A DNA stretch of 32,000 nucleotides from Candidatus Electrothrix yaqonensis (GTDB lineage Bacteria > Desulfobacterota > Desulfobulbia > Desulfobulbales > Desulfobulbaceae), in contig CP178758.1 of the NCBI GenBank assembly GCA_047651235.1, positions 1,860,001-1,892,000 of the forward strand, read 5' to 3'. How positions within the stretch are numbered: the first letter of the stretch is position 1; each line of letters begins with the position of its first letter. This document shows positions 26,643 through 32,000 of this stretch, in pieces. The notes under the pieces were generated by a model that was not told the DNA's origin, ran no database searches, and saw nothing but the letters and a program-made list of their open reading frames with translations. The translations under genes were made by a program, and so were the position numbers.

Positions 26643-28702
26643 TATATACCCTGCAAGGTCAGTAACTCATCCTTCTGCATGATCAGGAATTCGTTGCTGA
26701 TGAAGCGTAGCAGGTCAAAATCCAACTCTGTAGCAGCACAAATGGTGGTCCAGTATCTCAATGCTTTCTTTTCACCCCCATCCTTTACCTTTTTTTGAAT
26801 AAGAAGGAATGTATGGACAATCCGTAGCGAGGTAAGGTATTCGCCAAAACTCTTATGGGTGAACTCAAAGGTGGGGTCAGTCGCTCCGTCTCGATGCTGC
26901 TCGCTCTGGCGGAAATAAAAGGCTGTGAGCAGGCGGGTTACGTCCGTCTCCGCCTTAGCCCTTATCTGAAACTGCTCCAGATAGCGTTCAATGCCGCCTG
27001 CTTTGCATTTCGCCTGAATGTCGGCAACGCTGGCCGTGCGTCCGTCCCCGTGCCAGACCGCCAGGGCAATTTCCTCCAGCACTTGGATAAACTGCTGTTC
27101 CGTCAAGCCGCCTGCACAGAGACTTACCCGACCTTCGTACTGACGGCAATACACCGCCCGGATCAGGTCGGCATAGATCTGATTCAGGGTGGTTTCATCA
27201 GTGAACTCGACGGTCTTTCGGTCATAGCTTAAAGCGACCAAGTAATTGAGCAGGGGCTGGGCCGTGATTTCAGCAAGGTGCTTCCGCGCCAAGTCGGCAG
27301 GCAGGCCCGCATAGTCTTTGCCCGCAGCTTTTCCGTATTGCCGCCACCACGTCTGCCGCTGATCCTCGGCCAGCAGCCCGTCCGGGTCATGGTATTTCTC
27401 CCGCTCCTCTTCCTCGACAAAATAAGGCAGCACAGAGGTGATCTGCCTGGGCTCGCGCAGCTTGGTTGCCACCGACTGGATAGCAATGGTGCGCCCGGTG
27501 ATGATGACCTGCCTTTGCTTGTGATAGCCGTTGCCTTCTTGGATACGGCGGAGCACCTCATCGACAAAAGAGTTCGCCACTTCTGAGGCCGCCTTGCCTT
27601 GCAAAGCCAGTTCATCCAGCCCGTCAAAGATAATCAGCAGGCGGTCTTTGCCTGTATTGGCATCCAGCGGATTGCCGGACAGAAACGGATTGTTACGGAT
27701 ATGGTTCTCCATTGCCGAGATCAGATTATCCGTGGCATCAAAAAGATGGAGAGGAATGTACAGGCAGGGGATGTTGGTTTCCTGAGCAATCCGGGCGGCA
27801 AAGATCTTGGCAAAGGTGGACTTGCCTGACCCCGGCCCACCGCTGATAAAGCGGACAGCGGTTTCTTTCCTGAAGTTATTTACCCAGCTGCGGAACTCGG
27901 CTTCCAGAACCACCACGATCCGTTTCACCTGATTCCGCTGCGCTTCCAGCTCCTGCCTGCGCTCATCCTCCTGCTCCTTTTCCTCATAATAGGCCCGCAG
28001 CGGCACATAGACCTTATCCACGCCAAATGCCTCGGCAAACATCCGGTCGCTGACCTGCCGTTGCAGATGCTGCGCATAGAGCAGCCAGTTTCGCATCTCT
28101 TCAGTCGCCTCGGTGAACGGGCTGTCAAAATATTGGGTCAGGGCGGCGTAATCCTGCGGGGCCTTCTTCCAGGTCTCGTGCAGGGCAAAGACAAAATAAT
28201 CCGCCAGACGGCAGGCGATCTGGACAGCATCAGCTTCTGAAGCACCGAGCCCCTGCAACCAGTCGGTCAACGGGGCTTGCAGCTCCTTGAGTAGAGGGAG
28301 TTCACCGGGGCGGTCAAAGAAATCCTGCCTGATAACCACCTCAGCCTTATCCATCGCCTCTTCAAACAGCGCAGAAAGTCCTTCCAGCTTCTCCGTTTCC
28401 GGCGGATTGCGGAACAGATCAACGTAATTCTTCACCAGCTCGACCAAGGCGGCGGACAGAGCGCGATAGATCAGCAGCCAAGCCAGTTCGCCGGGGTTCT
28501 TTCGCAGGCCCACCGCATCAAGGGTTTCTAGGGCAGCACTGGCAGCGTCGCTGAAATCCAGCATTGCCCCTTCCACCAGCATCTTACCGATACCAAGTAG
28601 CAGTTTGCGTGGTTCCGCCTTGATTGCTCTGTTCCGCAGGGCAACCGGTTGACTGATATTCAGTGTGCCAGCCTGTTCCCCTGCCGATCTCTGGTCTGCC
28701 AT
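26642..28702 (-). CDS. NACHT-type STAND NTPase with an unassigned helical N-terminal domain
   Basis: 686 aa. Walker A is ISGGPGSGKSTF (residues 288-295 by my count). Walker B is LLIIFDGLDEL. Also present: VIITGRT, QPLLNYLVAL and FEFTHKSFGEYL, which are characteristic NACHT/winged-helix strings. A strong SD (GGAAGGAGA) precedes the start. Confidence 0.85.
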   Translation of the reverse strand: MADQRSAGEQAGTLNISQPVALRNRAIKAEPRKLLLGIGKMLVEGAMLDFSDAASAALETLDAVGLRKNPGELAWLLIYRALSAALVELVKNYVDLFRNPPETEKLEGLSALFEEAMDKAEVVIRQDFFDRPGELPLLKELQAPLTDWLQGLGASEADAVQIACRLADYFVFALHETWKKAPQDYAALTQYFDSPFTEATEEMRNWLLYAQHLQRQVSDRMFAEAFGVDKVYVPLRAYYEEKEQEDERRQELEAQRNQVKRIVVVLEAEFRSWVNNFRKETAVRFISGGPGSGKSTFAKIFAARIAQETNIPCLYIPLHLFDATDNLISAMENHIRNNPFLSGNPLDANTGKDRLLIIFDGLDELALQGKAASEVANSFVDEVLRRIQEGNGYHKQRQVIITGRTIAIQSVATKLREPRQITSVLPYFVEEEEREKYHDPDGLLAEDQRQTWWRQYGKAAGKDYAGLPADLARKHLAEITAQPLLNYLVALSYDRKTVEFTDETTLNQIYADLIRAVYCRQYEGRVSLCAGGLTEQQFIQVLEEIALAVWHGDGRTASVADIQAKCKAGGIERYLEQFQIRAKAETDVTRLLTAFYFRQSEQHRDGATDPTFEFTHKSFGEYLTSLRIVHTFLLIQKKVKDGGEKKALRYWTTICAATELDFDLLRFISNEFLIMQKDELLTLQGI

Positions 28703-28763
28703 TTTTTTTCTCCTTCCGTGCTGCAGCCTCAGCCGTCCTGTATCGAACTCCCGAATTCCGCAT

Positions 28764-28787
28764 CAATATAATAGAGCAATATAATAG
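28764..28787. repeat. Perfect 11-nt tandem direct repeat CAATATAATAG-ag-CAATATAATAG in the divergent promoter region
   Basis: Copies at 28764-28774 and 28777-28787, read directly. Each contains a TATAAT hexamer. The repeat lies 62-85 nt upstream of the NACHT ATG. Confidence 0.6.
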
Positions 28788-29024
28788 CGTTACCGAAAAA
28801 GTGCTACGGCATTACGCGGCGGCCGGAAAATACAGCGCCGCTTGCAGAACGAGCCCCTGTTCTGCAAAGGGCAGAGAAAATTTCTGTTGGATGCATGAGT
28901 TGACAAGTTCTGGTATTATAGATCGGGTACAGATAAAAAAGACAGCTACTGAAGTATACCGGAACGCCTCGGCGTCCCGCATAAAGAGAAGACCTTGCCG
29001 GACTGACCGGACAGGATACATTGC

Positions 29025-30668
29025 ATGAAGAAAAAACAATGGAACCTGACAGACCTTATCGATCTTGAATTCTTCCTTCAGCAGGATGAAGGCGAGGAGA
29101 TCGACACACTGGCTGCCCGTGACCGGGAAATATATACCAATCTGCCTGCAGCGGTGCAGACGGCTGAGCCTGTTGTGCTGCTGCGGGCCTGGCTTGCTGC
29201 CCGGCGGGGGCGCCTGAGCCGGGCGGGAGAAGGCGGTGCGCCGCCCGGCGGGATCTGGCAGGAACTGCTCTGCTTTTTTTTCGCTGCCTCCCTGCTTGCC
29301 GGGCTGTTCTCCGGGGGCGGACTGGCCTTTTCCTTTCTCACCTATTCCGGCCGGGATCCGGTCAATGTGGCTGCCTATTTTTCCGTGTTTGTCCTTCTGC
29401 AGGCCGGTCTTTTTCTCCTCCTGGCCGGTTCCGCTTTTCTCCACAAATTGCAGGGCAGCAGCGTGGCTGAATCCTCTCTGCTCTACAGGCTGCTGCGCCG
29501 TATTTTTACCGGTCTGCTGGAAAAACTCGTAACCGGGGTCAGAAAAAAGGCAACCTCCCGCATCTCGGCTGAAAAACGGCTAAAATGGTCTGCGTACAGC
29601 ACCAGCATCCGGCAGCTGCCGCAGCGGTACGGGCTGGTCTTTTTCCGCCCGTTCTTTCTGGTCACCCAGGCCTTCGGGGCCAGCTTTAATCTCGGCGTAC
29701 TGGCAGCTACCCTGTTCAAGGTCATCGGCGCGGATCTCGCCTTTGGCTGGCAGACCACCCTGCAGGTGACACCCGCCTCGGTACACAGGCTGGTACATTG
29801 GATCAGCCTGCCCTGGTCGTGGCTGCCCGATCCTTTTATTCCCTCCCTGAGCCAGATCGAGGGATCCCGGCTGGTGCTCAAGGACGGCATCTACGCCCTC
29901 TCCAACCATGACCTCACCTCCTGGTGGCCCTTTCTCTGTTTATCCGTGCTCTGCTACGGCCTGCTGCCCCGACTTGCCCTGCTGCTGATTGTGGCTGTGC
30001 AGCAGCACCGGGATCTGGCCAGGCTTGATTTCCAGCAGGGTCGGTTCCGGCAGACGGTGCACAGGATGCGCACGCCTCTGGTTTCCACTGCAGCCCGTTA
30101 TATTCAGGAACCTGCCCGTGCAGGAGGAACAGAGCCTGCAGCCTTAGCTGTCCGGCCGAAAAAAAACGAACCTGCAGGCGAAGGAGAACCGGCTCTCTCC
30201 GCCCCGGAAAAGGAAACAGGCAGGGAAACAGACAGCGGTGCGGCTCCGCCGATAACCGCCCTAATCCCGGATGAAATTCTGCCCGATATCCCACAACCGG
30301 CCCTGCAGGAGCAGGTACGCCGCCGCCTGGGCTATGACCTCTGCCGGCTGGTCCCGTTCTGGACCTTGAACCGGAATGAAGAGGAGGAACTGGCTGTTCT
30401 GCAGGCGGCAATGCAGGAACACGGCTGCGATGACCTCTTCCTGCTCCAGGAAGCCTGGCAGCCGCCCATTGAGGAGCTGTTCACCTGGCTCGGTCTGCTG
30501 CGCCGGACCGTGGGGCAGCGGCCTATCATTTTTCTGGCCCTGGTCGGCAAACCGACTCCGGAGACCATACTGACCCCGGTGCAGCTGCAGCATCTGCAGA
30601 TCTGGCAGCAAAAAACAGCCGCGCTCGGCGATCCGGGCCTGCAGCTCATTGAACTGGTGACCCTATGA
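29025..30668 (+). CDS. Polytopic membrane protein, DUF2868-like
   Basis: 547 aa. It has several Gly/Ala/Leu-rich TM helices (LLCFFFAASLLAGLFSGGGLAFSFL, YFSVFVLLQAGLFLLLAGSAFL, WWPFLCLSVLCYGLLPRLALLLIVAV), a Pro/Ala/Glu-rich linker and a soluble C-terminal domain. The family assignment is from memory of the architecture and of its pairing with DUF3482 GTPases, not from a search. Confidence 0.5.
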   Translation: MKKKQWNLTDLIDLEFFLQQDEGEEIDTLAARDREIYTNLPAAVQTAEPVVLLRAWLAARRGRLSRAGEGGAPPGGIWQELLCFFFAASLLAGLFSGGGLAFSFLTYSGRDPVNVAAYFSVFVLLQAGLFLLLAGSAFLHKLQGSSVAESSLLYRLLRRIFTGLLEKLVTGVRKKATSRISAEKRLKWSAYSTSIRQLPQRYGLVFFRPFFLVTQAFGASFNLGVLAATLFKVIGADLAFGWQTTLQVTPASVHRLVHWISLPWSWLPDPFIPSLSQIEGSRLVLKDGIYALSNHDLTSWWPFLCLSVLCYGLLPRLALLLIVAVQQHRDLARLDFQQGRFRQTVHRMRTPLVSTAARYIQEPARAGGTEPAALAVRPKKNEPAGEGEPALSAPEKETGRETDSGAAPPITALIPDEILPDIPQPALQEQVRRRLGYDLCRLVPFWTLNRNEEEELAVLQAAMQEHGCDDLFLLQEAWQPPIEELFTWLGLLRRTVGQRPIIFLALVGKPTPETILTPVQLQHLQIWQQKTAALGDPGLQLIELVTL

Positions 30669-32000
30669 ACAATCTTTCTGAACGACCGCCTGTTCCTGAA
30701 TTTGCCATTGTCGGCCATCCCAATGAGGGCAAGTCCTCGGTTCTGTCCACTCTGAGCGAAGACGATTCCGTGCGGGTCAGCCCGGTGCCGGGCGAGACCA
30801 GGGAATGCCGGACCTTTCCGGTGATCATCGACAACCGGGAGCTGATCCGCTTCACCGATACCCCGGGATTTCAAAATCCCCGCAAAACCCTGGCCTGGAT
30901 GCAGCAGTTTCAGGGGGATGACCGGGATATGATCACCGAGTTCATCCGCACGCACCGGGATGATCCTGCCTTTCATGACGACTGCGCTCTGCTTGCGCCC
31001 TTATCCGCCGGAGCAGGGCTGATCTTTGTGGTGGACGGGTCCAGACCGCTGCGCAATATCGACCGGGCGGAAATGGAGATTCTGCGCCTCACCGGCAGGC
31101 CGCGCATGGCCATTATCAACTGCAAGGATGAGGACAGCGGCTTTCTGGAGAGCTGGCAGAATGAATTCCGTAAGCATTTCAATTCAATCCGCCTGTTCAA
31201 TGCCAATAAGGCCACCTACAGTCAGCGTATCGCCCTGCTCAACAGCCTGAAGTCCATTGATCAGGATTTGGAGGGCGTTATTGAGTCGGTCATTGCAGCC
31301 TTCCGGGCCGACTGGTGCAACCGCAACCGGCAGGCTGCCGCCCTGATTGCGGACATGCTGACAGACAGCCTCCTGTATCATAAAAGAGCAGCCTGTCCGC
31401 CGGGAACAAACGAGGAGCAGCTGCGGAACAAGCTGCACAGGGACTATACCGCCTTTGTCAGCAAACGGGAACGCACGGCCCATCAGCAGATCCGCAGGTT
31501 GTTCAAACATAATATTTTTAACCTGCAGCTGCCTGGCCAGTCCATCCTCCAGGAAGACCTGTTTGCCGCCAGAACCTGGCAGTTCCTCGGCCTGACCGCC
31601 AAACAGCTGACCATGGCCGGAGCTGTCAGCGGCGCAGCCCTGGGCGCCGGACTGGATACCCTGGCCGGGGGGATCACCTTCGGGGTGTTCACCGGCATCG
31701 GCGGGGCAATCGGCGCGGCTGCCGCAGCCATCAAAGGGAAAGAGATACTCTTTGGAACCAGGCTGCTGGGCATGAAACTGGATCAGGAGAACCTCCAGGT
31801 CGGACCGGTGACCAATATCCAGCTGCTCTACATCCTGCTGGATCGGGCCCTGCTCTTTTACAGCTATGTTATCAACTGGGCCCACGGCCGCCGGGATTAT
31901 CCCGATTGCCCCGATGCTGCGGCGCCTGCCGATGCGGACGGAGCCGAAAAGCAGGGATACACCGCCGACTGGAGCAAAAATGAACGCGCAGTCTGCAACC
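30665..32000 (+). CDS. Membrane-associated GTPase, DUF3482-like (3'-partial)
   Basis: Absent from the ORF track because it has no stop in the window. My manual translation from the ATG at 30665 (ATGA overlap with the upstream stop) stays open to the window end. G1 is AIVGHPNEGKSSVLS, G3 is FTDTPGFQ, and the G4-like motif is IINCKD. A glycine-zipper hydrophobic segment follows (GAVSGAALGAGLDTLAGGITFGVFTGIGGAIGAAAAAI). Confidence 0.7.
   Translation, partial: MNNLSERPPVPEFAIVGHPNEGKSSVLSTLSEDDSVRVSPVPGETRECRTFPVIIDNRELIRFTDTPGFQNPRKTLAWMQQFQGDDRDMITEFIRTHRDDPAFHDDCALLAPLSAGAGLIFVVDGSRPLRNIDRAEMEILRLTGRPRMAIINCKDEDSGFLESWQNEFRKHFNSIRLFNANKATYSQRIALLNSLKSIDQDLEGVIESVIAAFRADWCNRNRQAAALIADMLTDSLLYHKRAACPPGTNEEQLRNKLHRDYTAFVSKRERTAHQQIRRLFKHNIFNLQLPGQSILQEDLFAARTWQFLGLTAKQLTMAGAVSGAALGAGLDTLAGGITFGVFTGIGGAIGAAAAAIKGKEILFGTRLLGMKLDQENLQVGPVTNIQLLYILLDRALLFYSYVINWAHGRRDYPDCPDAAAPADADGAEKQGYTADWSKNERAVCN

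Noticed and set aside
28900-28922. Perfect TTGACA (-35) on the + strand upstream of the DUF2868-like gene
   Set aside because: The nearest -10-like hexamers (TATTAT, TATAGA) are only 8 and 11 nt away, which is too close for a sigma70 promoter.
28812-31885. - strand ORFs of 210, 165, 214 and 233 aa
   Set aside because: They are antisense to the DUF2868-like and GTPase genes. They are Pro/Gly/Arg-rich shadow frames, whereas the + strand frames carry TM helices and G-motifs.

Overview
The window looks like a chromosomal segment from a sigma54-rich, probably anaerobic Desulfobacterota-like proteobacterium. That taxonomic guess rests only on gene content and is weak. I found no rRNA, tRNA, CRISPR array, transposase or integrase.

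Layout, left to right:
1. 1-2337 (-): a 3'-truncated NRPS module that is missing from the ORF track.
2. 2395-8943 (-): a low-GC, five-gene Wzx/Wzy-type exopolysaccharide locus. It holds the priming sugar-phosphate transferase, a Wza-like export lipoprotein, a Wzz-like co-polymerase, a degenerate BY-kinase-like ATPase and an O-antigen-ligase-family protein.
3. 8944-9605: a 662-bp AT-rich divergent control region.
4. 9606-12374 (+): a homocitrate-synthase-like gene plus a NifA-family GAF/sigma54 activator.
5. 12459-18124 (-): a cluster bracketed by an OmpR-family regulator and a sensor kinase. It encodes uncharacterised secreted and membrane proteins (Met-rich paralogs, a His-rich-tail membrane protein, a DUF5666-like protein, a PepSY_TM-like protein). 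Three copies of an 11-bp-phased direct-repeat operator punctuate it.
6. 18125-25274 (-): fused MetF-MetV methylene-THF reductase, a stand-alone H-NOX haem sensor, an NtrC-type regulator with a GAFTDA loop, a PHP phosphoesterase, a di-haem cytochrome c peroxidase and an RlmD-like methyltransferase.
7. 25484-26001 (+): two tandem TatA-family genes.
8. 26166-28702 (-): a NACHT/STAND NTPase. Its pentapeptide-repeat module is a separate, 1-nt-overlapping ORF of distinctly lower GC.
9. 29025-32000 (+): a translationally coupled pair, divergent from the NACHT gene, of a DUF2868-like membrane protein and a DUF3482-like GTPase. The GTPase is also missing from the ORF track and runs off the window.

The candidates most worth follow-up are the split NACHT/pentapeptide module, the operator-linked two-component cluster of unknown secreted proteins, the H-NOX/sigma54/MetVF arrangement, and the GTPase/membrane-protein pair.
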